From Thermoproteus sp. (GTDB lineage Archaea > Thermoproteota > Thermoprotei > Thermoproteales > Thermoproteaceae), in NCBI GenBank assembly GCA_049976425.1, contig JBMFIG010000025.1, positions 1-19,333 of the forward strand: DNA of 19,333 nucleotides, read 5' to 3'. The notes under the pieces were generated by a model. That model made no database searches, was not told the origin of the DNA, and was given only the letters and a program-made list of their open reading frames with translations. How positions within the stretch are numbered: position 1 is the stretch's first letter; each line of letters begins with the position of its first letter. The position numbers and the translations under genes are program-made. Of this stretch, positions 8,362-15,463 are shown in pieces.

Positions 8362-8739
8362 TCAGCAGATTCTGATCCAAGTCTTGCCCTCCCGCCTGAA
8401 ACACCTCCTGGCCTCCCTATAGGCCGCGAGCGCCTCCTCCAGGAAGGCCCCGTCGGCGTACAGCACCACGCCGTCCTCCAAGGCCTCTAGGAGGAGGACG
8501 TTGCCCCTCCTCAACATATCCAGAAACTTGTCGCTCCTGACGCCGAGCGGCTGCACGGCCGGATGGTCTAGGTCGAAGAGGACTCCGTAGGCCTCCCTGG
8601 GATCCGCCGGCAGATCGTCGGCGACGACCAAGACGTCGTAGTCGCTCGACTCCGTGTAGTCTCCTCTGGCCCTGGAGCCGAAAAGCACCACGAGCCTGGC
8701 CCCGAGCGATCTATACCTCTCGACCAGCCCCTCCAACAC
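8362..8739 (-). CDS. Minimal nucleotidyltransferase (MNT), putative antitoxin
   Basis: VVLFGSRARGDYTESSDYDVLVV matches GS-x10-DxD, with a typical ALEDGVVLY tail. Overlaps the HEPN gene. Confidence 0.9.
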   Translation of the reverse strand: MLEGLVERYRSLGARLVVLFGSRARGDYTESSDYDVLVVADDLPADPREAYGVLFDLDHPAVQPLGVRSDKFLDMLRRGNVLLLEALEDGVVLYADGAFLEEALAAYREARRCFRREGKTWIRIC

Positions 8740-9112
8740 GGCCCTCGGCCCAGCCCAAGACGGCCTCGGCGCATTTTATACAAGCCTCGGCGTCCCTATC
8801 GGTGTAGTAGTCCATGGGGGCGCCCTCGGCGAAGGCGTCGGGATACCTCGTGGGTATGTACTGTTTGTCCAGATAGAGCAGGCATTCCAAGATCTCCTGC
8901 GGCGGCTCGAGCCCCGAATCCCTCGCCAGATACGTCAGGGAATGCCCCCTCCTCTCCTTGCCCAAGTAGTTTAGGAGGGCCTTGACGGCCTTCTCGGCGG
9001 CTTGGTGCGCCTCGTAGCAGGACTCCTCGTAGAGGCCGGCGCCCCTGTTCAAGCGGGCCGACTCCAGGTTCCTCCTCGCCTGCCTCAGCCAGTCCCTAAA
9101 TCTCGCCACCAC
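8711..9112 (-). CDS. HEPN domain protein (COG2250-type)
   Basis: WLRQARRNL, YEESCYEAHQAAEKAVKALL, GHSL and LDKQYIPTRYPD. Its own TATA (TATTTAAA, 9130-9137) lies inside the upstream gene. Confidence 0.92.
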   Translation of the reverse strand: MVARFRDWLRQARRNLESARLNRGAGLYEESCYEAHQAAEKAVKALLNYLGKERRGHSLTYLARDSGLEPPQEILECLLYLDKQYIPTRYPDAFAEGAPMDYYTDRDAEACIKCAEAVLGWAEGRVGGAGREV

Positions 9113-9686
9113 GGCCTATGTCGGGCCCCTTTAAATAATCGACGTACTCCTCGGCCAAAACCCTCGCCTCGCCGTACGTCGCCTCGACGCCGTCCAGCTC
9201 GGCTACGGGCCGCCCGCCGCACGTCACGACGACTCTAGGCCTCCTGGACACCACGGCGATCCTCCACCTAGGCCTCGCGTAGTCCGCTATGCTACGCCCG
9301 GCGACCGGCTTGGCGTACACCTCGCCGTCCGCCGAAGGCCTCTCGGGGCACTCCACGACGGCTGTAGCCACGTAGTAGCGCCCCTCCCGCGCCTCGACGG
9401 ATCTGTGGGCTCTGTAGAGCACAACGGCGGCGACGTGGGTGCATATGTCGCGGGCCCTCCTCCGGCCCCATTCGGTGAGGTAGCAGGTGCAGAGCCAGCG
9501 CCTCTCGGCCTCGGACCACCACACGTGGTACTGCGGATACCTATCGCCGAGCTCCGGCCTCCCCTTTACGACGTAGTAGCCGGGCCCCTCCGACACGTCG
9601 CCGACCCTCGCCAAGGCCCTCCTCAGCCACTCCCGGGACTTGCCGGGGAACCTCCTCCTCAAAGGCCCGAGGGGGTCGGCCTCCAC
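9096..9686 (-). CDS. SWIM zinc-finger domain protein
   Basis: YHVWW...WLCTC-x13-CTHVAAV matches the SWIM CxC-xn-CxH pattern. TATA TTTTTAA at 9705-9711. Confidence 0.85.
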   Translation of the reverse strand: MEADPLGPLRRRFPGKSREWLRRALARVGDVSEGPGYYVVKGRPELGDRYPQYHVWWSEAERRWLCTCYLTEWGRRRARDICTHVAAVVLYRAHRSVEAREGRYYVATAVVECPERPSADGEVYAKPVAGRSIADYARPRWRIAVVSRRPRVVVTCGGRPVAELDGVEATYGEARVLAEEYVDYLKGPDIGRGGEI

Positions 9687-9704
9687 GTAGGTGTATACCC
9701 CTCC

Positions 9705-10043
9705 TTAAAAATCAGATATGTCGAGGAAGCCGTCGTCGGAGATCCGCGCCTTGTACGTCCTCAACGGAGGCCTCACGTCCTCGAACTCGCACGGGACCTC
9801 GGGCCTCACGACCGGCCTCTCCACCATCTCGCCTGTCCTTATGTCGTATTTGGCCTTACGGGCGGGACATACGGCGTAGTAGCCGTCCACCTCGGTCAGC
9901 AAGGCGCAACCCATGTGGGCGCAGACGGCGTCCATGGCGTAGAGGCCCTCCGGCCTCTTGACCACGAGGATCGGCCTCCCCTTGAACCATACGAGTATGT
10001 GGTCCCTCTCCTCGAAGACTTTGGCCAGCACCCTCACCTTCAT
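9705..10043 (-). CDS. Rieske 2Fe-2S ferredoxin (sulredoxin-like) with His->Arg in box 2
   Basis: Box 1 is AVCAHMGC. Box 2 reads VCPARKAKYD (canonical CPxH). The downstream YDIRTGEM..P and LRTY motifs are typical. Confidence 0.85.
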   Translation of the reverse strand: MKVRVLAKVFEERDHILVWFKGRPILVVKRPEGLYAMDAVCAHMGCALLTEVDGYYAVCPARKAKYDIRTGEMVERPVVRPEVPCEFEDVRPPLRTYKARISDDGFLDISDF

Positions 10044-10070
10044 ACAGCCGACATATCGTGTGTTTTTAAC

Positions 10071-11348
10071 TTATGCGAAGATCCGATCCGCCGTGATGAC
10101 TCTCGGGTCTTTTGGGCCGCTCCTGGCGGCTACGTAGTAGTCGCCCTCGCGCCTCCCCAACTTATCCTTGGTCTCCTCCAGTATCCTCTCCACGTCGTCC
10201 TCGTCTAGATCGCTCCACTTGACCTCCACGGCAGTTATGCGGCCGCCGTCGACGCAGACTATGTCGACCTCCACATCGCCGCTCCAATACCTTCCGCAAC
10301 GGCCCAGCCTCTTGACGACGCCGGCCTTGTGTAGATAGGGGAGGGCTCTCCTGACGATCTCCTCGAACGCCGACCCCATATAGCCCTCTAGGTCGAAGGC
10401 CGGCGGGTTCCCCAGCTCTATCCAGCCCCTCTGGGGATAGACGAAGCGCGTCCAGAACTTCACGTATAGATCCGACACGACGTATATTGGCCTGGCCTTG
10501 CCCAGGACGGGCGCCTCGCGTCGGACGATCTCCAGCTTCTCCAGCACGTGGAGGTATTTGGCGAGGGTCTGCGGGCTTATCCTCGCCCTCTCCGCGATCT
10601 CGGAGTAGGTGGAGGCGCCCTCCTCTATCGCCCTCACGATGTTGAGGTATATATGGGGCTCCCGCGCCTCGTACCGCAGGAGGTTCTCGGCCTCCTCGTA
10701 GAGCGGCCCCCATCGGGAGAATAGAGCATTTAAATTCTCCCCGAGGTCCTTGCCTACGTCGAATAGGGCGAGGTAGTAGGGTATCCCGTTCGCCACCGCA
10801 TACGCGACGGCCAAATCGCGGGGGCTGTAGGCGGGGAGGAAGGACTTGGCGTATCTAGGCGCAAGCGGGCCCAGCCTCAACCTCGCGGTCGCCCTGCCGA
10901 AGAGGCCGCCGCCGTAAGACACCGCCCTCTCGGCCACCGCGACGGCCGACGAGAGGAGCACCAGGAACGCGCCGCTGTCGCTCAAGTACTCGTCCCACCC
11001 CCTCTGGATCGCCGAGAGCGTCCCCGGATCCTCGTCGAGCCAGTACCCGAACTCGTCCACGGCCAGCACGAAGCGGCCTGCGTCCCTCAAGGCGGCGAAT
11101 ATGGAGTCCCAGTCGGGCCTCACGTAGCGGCCCAGAACCTTGCCGAGGCTCTCGGCTAGGTCGGCCAGCTCGTCCCTCAGAGGCCTCCTCCGGGCGTAGA
11201 AGTAGAGGCCTCTCTTCCCCTCAAGAAACCTCTTGACAAGCCAGGTCTTGCCCACGCGCCTCCGCCCGTAGATCAACACCAGCTGGGGCCTCCCCGAGGC
11301 GTAGAGGCGCTCTAGGAGGGCCAGCTCCTCCTCCCTGTCGACAAACAT
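10071..11348 (-). CDS. Archaeal P-loop ATPase with wHTH and C-terminal DUF234/PD-(D/E)xK nuclease-like domain
   Basis: MFVDREEEL, YGRRRVGKT, Walker B VDEF, GIPYYL, D.Y.KFW.RFV, FEE, and EVDIV...AVEVKW. Confidence 0.92.
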   Translation of the reverse strand: MFVDREEELALLERLYASGRPQLVLIYGRRRVGKTWLVKRFLEGKRGLYFYARRRPLRDELADLAESLGKVLGRYVRPDWDSIFAALRDAGRFVLAVDEFGYWLDEDPGTLSAIQRGWDEYLSDSGAFLVLLSSAVAVAERAVSYGGGLFGRATARLRLGPLAPRYAKSFLPAYSPRDLAVAYAVANGIPYYLALFDVGKDLGENLNALFSRWGPLYEEAENLLRYEAREPHIYLNIVRAIEEGASTYSEIAERARISPQTLAKYLHVLEKLEIVRREAPVLGKARPIYVVSDLYVKFWTRFVYPQRGWIELGNPPAFDLEGYMGSAFEEIVRRALPYLHKAGVVKRLGRCGRYWSGDVEVDIVCVDGGRITAVEVKWSDLDEDDVERILEETKDKLGRREGDYYVAARSGPKDPRVITADRIFA

Positions 11349-11349
11349 A

Positions 11350-11395
11350 GAAGAATGAAGGATTCAGTATTAAAATCTTGAAGAATAAAATCTTC
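11350..11395 (-). promoter_or_regulatory. ATPase promoter: TATA box flanked by two related 16-bp sites
   Basis: TATA at 11368-11375. GAAGA-N6-TCTTC at 11380-11395 and the degenerate copy GAAGAATGAAGGATTC at 11350-11365. Confidence 0.55.
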
Positions 11396-11420
11396 TATCG
11401 TCCGCGCGGCTGGCGGCTCC

Positions 11421-12002
11421 CTACGCCCACTGGACGTCCTCGGCGTATAGGCTCGCGCGTATGGCCTCGATAGTCCTCTGCGGCACCTGCGCCTCGACTT
11501 CGGCGGCCGGATGCCTTACCACCACGCGCAGATCCTCCAGGCTTGGGAGAGGCGCCTTGAGGTAGTGGATAGATCTGGGCATGGCCCCCTCCGCGTAGTC
11601 CTCCGGGAAGGTCGGCCTGGCCTCGGCCGCACGCCCGCCGGCAACCACGGCGACTGAGCGTTCGATCCCCGCATATTTGGGCAACAACGCCCTAAGCTCG
11701 CCCTCGTTGTACAAGTTCACCATGACCGTCATGGACAGCTCGCCCCGCCTCGGCGCTATCGGCGCGTAGGCCCTCACAGCCTCCCCGACGAGTCCCTCCC
11801 CCTCCTCGCCCTCGGCGTATAGGGCCTCCTCTATCTGGAACCACACGGTCACGGCGTCCTCGAAAAGCACGGTGAGCCTGTCGGAGAGGTCCAGATACCT
11901 CGGCTCCTTATACGCCGCGACGGCCTCCAGAACGGAATCCCTTATCTTGCCGTACTCCCTCGGCCCCAGGACCCTCTTGGCGGCCTCCCTAAGATCCATC
12001 AC
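11421..12002 (-). CDS. DUF3501-like protein (rubrerythrin-associated)
   Basis: EYxKIR...[31 protein letters not shown] and SIHYL. Coupled to the rubrerythrin stop (GTGATG). Confidence 0.82.
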   Translation of the reverse strand: MMDLREAAKRVLGPREYGKIRDSVLEAVAAYKEPRYLDLSDRLTVLFEDAVTVWFQIEEALYAEGEEGEGLVGEAVRAYAPIAPRRGELSMTVMVNLYNEGELRALLPKYAGIERSVAVVAGGRAAEARPTFPEDYAEGAMPRSIHYLKAPLPSLEDLRVVVRHPAAEVEAQVPQRTIEAIRASLYAEDVQWA

Positions 12003-12469
12003 TTGACCAGAACCTCGTCCTCGACCTCAGTCCTCACGCCCTTAGCCTTCAAGTACTTCTCCAGCGCCTCGTTGAACCTGCCGGCGTGGAACCTCTCTAT
12101 CTTGGCCAGGGCCTCGAACCACTGCGCGACCTCGTGGAAGCCCTCCTCCCTGGCCACCTTGGCGAAGCCGGGATACATCTGCGTCCACTCGTACGTCTCG
12201 CCGTATATCGCCGCCCTGAGCGCGTCCTCTACGTCGTTTATCTCTATCTCGGCCACGGGATCCACCCCCAGGTGCATCAATATGCCGAACGCGTGACCCG
12301 TCTCGGCGTTCGCCGTCTTCTCGAAGACCTCGGCTATCTCGTTCAGCCCCCTCTCCCTGGCGAGCCTTGCGTAGTAGAGATACCGCCTGTTGGCCATCGA
12401 TTCCCCTTGGAAGCCCGCCTTCAAGTTCTCGTAGGTCTTGGTCCCCTTCGGTATTTTTCTCCGATTCAT
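11999..12469 (-). CDS. rbr: Rubrerythrin-family di-iron protein without a rubredoxin domain (sulerythrin/erythrin-type)
   Basis: [34 protein letters not shown] and ERFHA supply the di-iron ligands. There is no C-terminal CxxC pair. True start is ATG 12469 (156 aa). Confidence 0.93.
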   Translation of the reverse strand: MNRRKIPKGTKTYENLKAGFQGESMANRRYLYYARLARERGLNEIAEVFEKTANAETGHAFGILMHLGVDPVAEIEINDVEDALRAAIYGETYEWTQMYPGFAKVAREEGFHEVAQWFEALAKIERFHAGRFNEALEKYLKAKGVRTEVEDEVLVK

Positions 12470-12480
12470 GTTCTCCAAAA

Positions 12481-12507
12481 AATAAGAATTTAAAACGAAT
12501 TCTAATT
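12481..12507 (-). promoter_or_regulatory. Inverted repeat overlapping the rubrerythrin TATA box
   Basis: AAT-a-AGAATT-N7-AATTCT-a-ATT, with TTTAAA at 12489-12494. Confidence 0.55.
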
Positions 12508-12612
12508 GTGCAAAATCAGCACGATACACCTCGCTGAAAGTTTCGAAGTACTTAGGGGAGGTATGCCCTATTTCACCTGAGGGTCTTAAATACCCGTATA
12601 CTTCCCGTATAC

Positions 12613-12810
12613 ATGTTCCGGGTACTCGTCGACGGGAGGACTTGGAGGGTCTTAATAACCGGCAGGGAGGAGGACCTCGACCTCCTAGACGAGGGGTGGG
12701 AGCTGGCGGGGGAGTTCGGCAGTTGGAGGGAGGCCTACAGGGTGGCGGCGAGGCTGGCGGACGCCCACGACATGGTCCTGGAGTGGTACGTGGAGGAGGC
12801 GGCTCCCTAA
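12613..12810 (+). CDS. Small acidic hypothetical protein (65 aa)
   Basis: ATG preceded by TTAAATA at 12586-12592, with typical codon usage. Its stop overlaps the convergent btpA stop. Confidence 0.75.
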   Translation: MFRVLVDGRTWRVLITGREEDLDLLDEGWELAGEFGSWREAYRVAARLADAHDMVLEWYVEEAAP

Positions 12811-13574
12811 AGGCCCAGTACCCTTCTAGCCGCCTCGACGTATCTCCTGGCCTTTTCCGGGTCGACGCTCCCGTCGGGCCTCTTGAGGTAGGTCCCCACA
12901 ATGAGGCCGTAGGCTCCCCTGAACCTCTCCAGGTTTTCCGGCGTCGTTCCGCTGCCCACGTACACGGGGAGGCCCGCCTTGGAGGCCTCTGCGATGGCCG
13001 CGGGGTCGGGCGGGGAGCCGGTCCTGGCGCCTGAGATTATGAGCGCGGACGCCCCTCCCCTCTCGGCGCAGTCCAGAGCCACCTCCGCGAGAGGCCGCTG
13101 GTGTAGAGGCCAGCCGTGCTTGACGTAGATATCGGCGAGCACCTTGACGTCGGCCCTCAGCCGGGCCAAAACCTCGGCGACCTCCCTCGCCACGGGCTCC
13201 AGAAGGCCTTCGGGCGCCGACACCACCTCGCAGAGGGCGTTGGCCCTCACGAAAGAGCCGCCGGCGGCCGCCGCCACCGCTACCGCCTCTGGGGCCGAGT
13301 TGCGCAGTATGTTGATCCCTAGCTGGGCCGACACGGCGCGCCTGACCTCTCTGGCCACGACGGCCATCGCCGCCACCGTCTCGGGATCCCTAGCCCTCGC
13401 CTTGAACGGGAAGTCGTTGAAGTTCTCCAGGATGATCCCGTCGAAGCCCGCCTCGTCGAGCGCCCTGGCGTTCCTCACGGCGAAATCCACGACCGACTCG
13501 AAGCCTCCGGCGTATCTGGGAGAGCCCGGGAGCGGAGGCAGGTGGACGACCCCGATCAGCCTCGGCAGGCTCAT
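12807..13574 (-). CDS. btpA: BtpA/SgcQ family TIM-barrel protein
   Basis: IGVVHLPPLPGSP, GFDGIILENFNDFPF, GINILRN, ADIYVKH, SGARTG, VGSG and IVGTYLK. ATG 13574 overlaps the upstream stop (ATGA). Confidence 0.92.
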   Translation of the reverse strand: MSLPRLIGVVHLPPLPGSPRYAGGFESVVDFAVRNARALDEAGFDGIILENFNDFPFKARARDPETVAAMAVVAREVRRAVSAQLGINILRNSAPEAVAVAAAAGGSFVRANALCEVVSAPEGLLEPVAREVAEVLARLRADVKVLADIYVKHGWPLHQRPLAEVALDCAERGGASALIISGARTGSPPDPAAIAEASKAGLPVYVGSGTTPENLERFRGAYGLIVGTYLKRPDGSVDPEKARRYVEAARRVLGL

Positions 13575-13711
13575 TTCGCCGCGGCTCCCTTGAGCTCGTA
13601 CTTGGCGAAGACGTAGCCGCAGTTGGGGCATTTCTTGACGACGAGGTTGCCCTCCCTCTGGACGACCTCGTCGACGGATTTTCTGCAGACGGGGCAGTAC
13701 CTCCTGGCCAT
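13571..13711 (-). CDS. 46-aa CPxC...CPxCG zinc-finger microprotein
   Basis: MARRYCPVCRKSVDEVVQREGNLVVKKCPNCGYVFAKYELKGAAAK. This is the real part of track ORF 13571..14044. Confidence 0.8.
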   Translation of the reverse strand: MARRYCPVCRKSVDEVVQREGNLVVKKCPNCGYVFAKYELKGAAAK

Positions 13712-13760
13712 ATGCCCTAGATAGCCCCGTTTTTTACCGGACGCGCGTAATATTATTAAA

Positions 13761-14048
13761 ATGCAGGGATATGTCGTGGAGCCGAGGCCCATATACGACG
13801 TAACCGACGAGAGGGACCGGGAAGAGGCCGCGGGATTTCTTGCCGACGGCGTCGACGGCTTCGCCCTGTCGATACCGGAGGACTTGGACCTCACCGAGAT
13901 AGAGGACCTCTTCAGGAGGACCGGGGCGGCTAGGGTGACCGTAGACGCCGCGTCGTGGCCCCGCGAGATCTCCGTGGAGACGGACAGAGCCAGATACGTC
14001 TTGAGAAAGATCGAGGAGGGGGTGTACAGAGTCGAGAGGGTCACCTAG
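13761..14048 (+). CDS. Acidic hypothetical protein (~90-95 aa)
   Basis: Protein-like composition and codon usage, with an AT-rich promoter at 13748-13760. GTG 13776 is an alternative start. Confidence 0.72.
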   Translation: MQGYVVEPRPIYDVTDERDREEAAGFLADGVDGFALSIPEDLDLTEIEDLFRRTGAARVTVDAASWPREISVETDRARYVLRKIEEGVYRVERVT

Positions 14049-15153
14049 CGGCCCGCATAAGCGCCAGGGAGGCCGCCGCGAAGGCGGCGGAGATCAGGGG
14101 GGCCACGCCGGCCGCCCCCACGTCGAGGAGGTAGCCGTATATGGCCCCGCCTGCCAGATAGCCGAGGCCGAACGCGGCGTTGACGGCGCCGAGCGCAGTC
14201 GCCTTGGCCGACCCGCCGAGCTCGATGGCGCGCGCCTTCGCCACTATGTCGGCGTAGGAGGTGGCCGCCGAGTATGCGAGGGCCCCGGCGAAGCCCAAGG
14301 CGAGGAGCCCCGTCGAGAAGGCGGAGGTGGCGGCCAACGCGGCAACGGGGCCCAGATACAGAGACCACCGGCGCACCTCGTACGCGCGGCCCCAGGCCAG
14401 GGAGGCCGGTATCTCGAAGACCATGGCGGCGAGGTATATGGCAGAGCCCACCCACGGCGCCCCCTGCGCCTGGTACATCTCTAGGCTTATGTGCATGAGG
14501 GAGGCCCCGAAGAGCAACTGGGACAGGGAGAACAGGAGGAGCGGTCTGTCCAGCGATACGCCGGCCTCTCCCCGCCTCCGTCCGGCCGGCCTCACGCCTT
14601 GTCTGTAGGCCGCGAAGAGGGCTATTAGAGCCGCGACGCCGGGGACGGCCAACAAGAGGAAGAGGTCTCCGTACCTCATGCCGGCCGCCAAGGCGGCCAG
14701 CGCAGTTGCCGAGCCGGCGACGGCCCCTATCTGGTCCAGAGACGCGTGTAGGCCGAAGGCGAAGCTCTGCCTCCCGCCTCCAGCCGCCGATATTATGGCG
14801 TCCCGCGCCGGCGTCCTCAAGGCCTTGCTGGCCCTCTCCAGCATCACGAGGGCGACAGCCGCCGCGAGCCACGGAGCCAGCGCGAGGCCCGCGACTGCCA
14901 GGACCTGTAGGGCATATCCGGCGAACGTCTCGCCCCAGTACCCGCCTCTCCTATCGGCGAGAGGGCCTGTGGCGAATCTCAGGAGATAGCCCAGCGCGTC
15001 GCCCACGCCGAAGACGAGCCCCACCGCCAGCGCCGACGCGCCGAGGGCCTTTAGGTACTGCGGAAGGGCCGCTCTGGCCCCTTCGTAGAGCCAGTCGGCG
15101 AAGAGCGACGTCAAGCCCAACAAGACTATTAGCCGGTAGTTGGGCTCCGCCAC
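14041..15153 (-). CDS. MFS transporter
   Basis: SLFADWLYEG, GPLADRRG, ERASKALRTPARDAII and FGLHASLDQIGAVAG, in a multi-TM protein. TATA TTTTTATATT (minus strand) at 15171-15180. Confidence 0.92.
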   Translation of the reverse strand: MAEPNYRLIVLLGLTSLFADWLYEGARAALPQYLKALGASALAVGLVFGVGDALGYLLRFATGPLADRRGGYWGETFAGYALQVLAVAGLALAPWLAAAVALVMLERASKALRTPARDAIISAAGGGRQSFAFGLHASLDQIGAVAGSATALAALAAGMRYGDLFLLLAVPGVAALIALFAAYRQGVRPAGRRRGEAGVSLDRPLLLFSLSQLLFGASLMHISLEMYQAQGAPWVGSAIYLAAMVFEIPASLAWGRAYEVRRWSLYLGPVAALAATSAFSTGLLALGFAGALAYSAATSYADIVAKARAIELGGSAKATALGAVNAAFGLGYLAGGAIYGYLLDVGAAGVAPLISAAFAAASLALMRAAR

Positions 15154-15225
15154 GGCCCGTCGTTTAGGCCAATATAAAAATATGGCCGGGGGACGGCCGG
15201 GGAAAAATTGGGGGGTTGTGTTTGT

Positions 15226-15396
15226 TTATTTCTTCTTGCCGATGAGGCGCCAGACTTTTATGCCGGTGTAGGGCGAGGTGGCTACTGCGAATATCATGGG
15301 ACCTCTAGCGGTGTTCTTCTCCACAGTCTCGTACTTGTCGGTCTCGAACGCCTGCTTCGCCTTAATGTCGTAGAACTTCAGCTTCTGCTTCGCCAT
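15226..15396 (-). CDS. cc1: Crenarchaeal chromatin/nucleoid protein CC1 (56 aa, basic)
   Basis: MAKQKLKFYDIKAKQAFETDKYETVEKNTARGPMIFAVATSPYTGIKVWRLIGKKK closely resembles Thermoproteus CC1 as I recall it. Strong TATAAATA at 15414-15421 and a T5 run downstream. Confidence 0.85.
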   Translation of the reverse strand: MAKQKLKFYDIKAKQAFETDKYETVEKNTARGPMIFAVATSPYTGIKVWRLIGKKK

Positions 15397-15463
15397 GGTC
15401 GTGGAAAAGCCTATATTTATATTTTCCACGGACAACAATAATATTAGAAGTGTATTCTCCCTG

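Noticed and set aside
9405-10208. 267-aa plus-strand ORF
   Set aside because: Antisense across the SWIM, Rieske and ATPase genes, with no motifs.
12510-12582. Two CTGA (D-box-like) motifs suggesting a C/D box sRNA
   Set aside because: No RTGATGA C or C' boxes, and the spacing (43 nt) is too long.
12470-12901. 144-aa N-terminal extension of rubrerythrin in the ORF track
   Set aside because: Pro/Arg-rich, runs through the promoter, overlaps two other genes. The TATA supports ATG 12469.
13712-14044. Upstream part of minus ORF 13571..14044
   Set aside because: Antisense to the 13761..14048 gene. Only the last 46 codons look real.
14045-14872. 275-aa alternative-frame ORF inside the MFS gene
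   Set aside because: Arg/Gly/Pro-rich off-frame shadow.
15185-15203. GGCCGGGG repeat and 5-bp hairpin downstream of cc1
   Set aside because: Too short to be significant at this GC content. The adjacent T-run is enough to explain termination.
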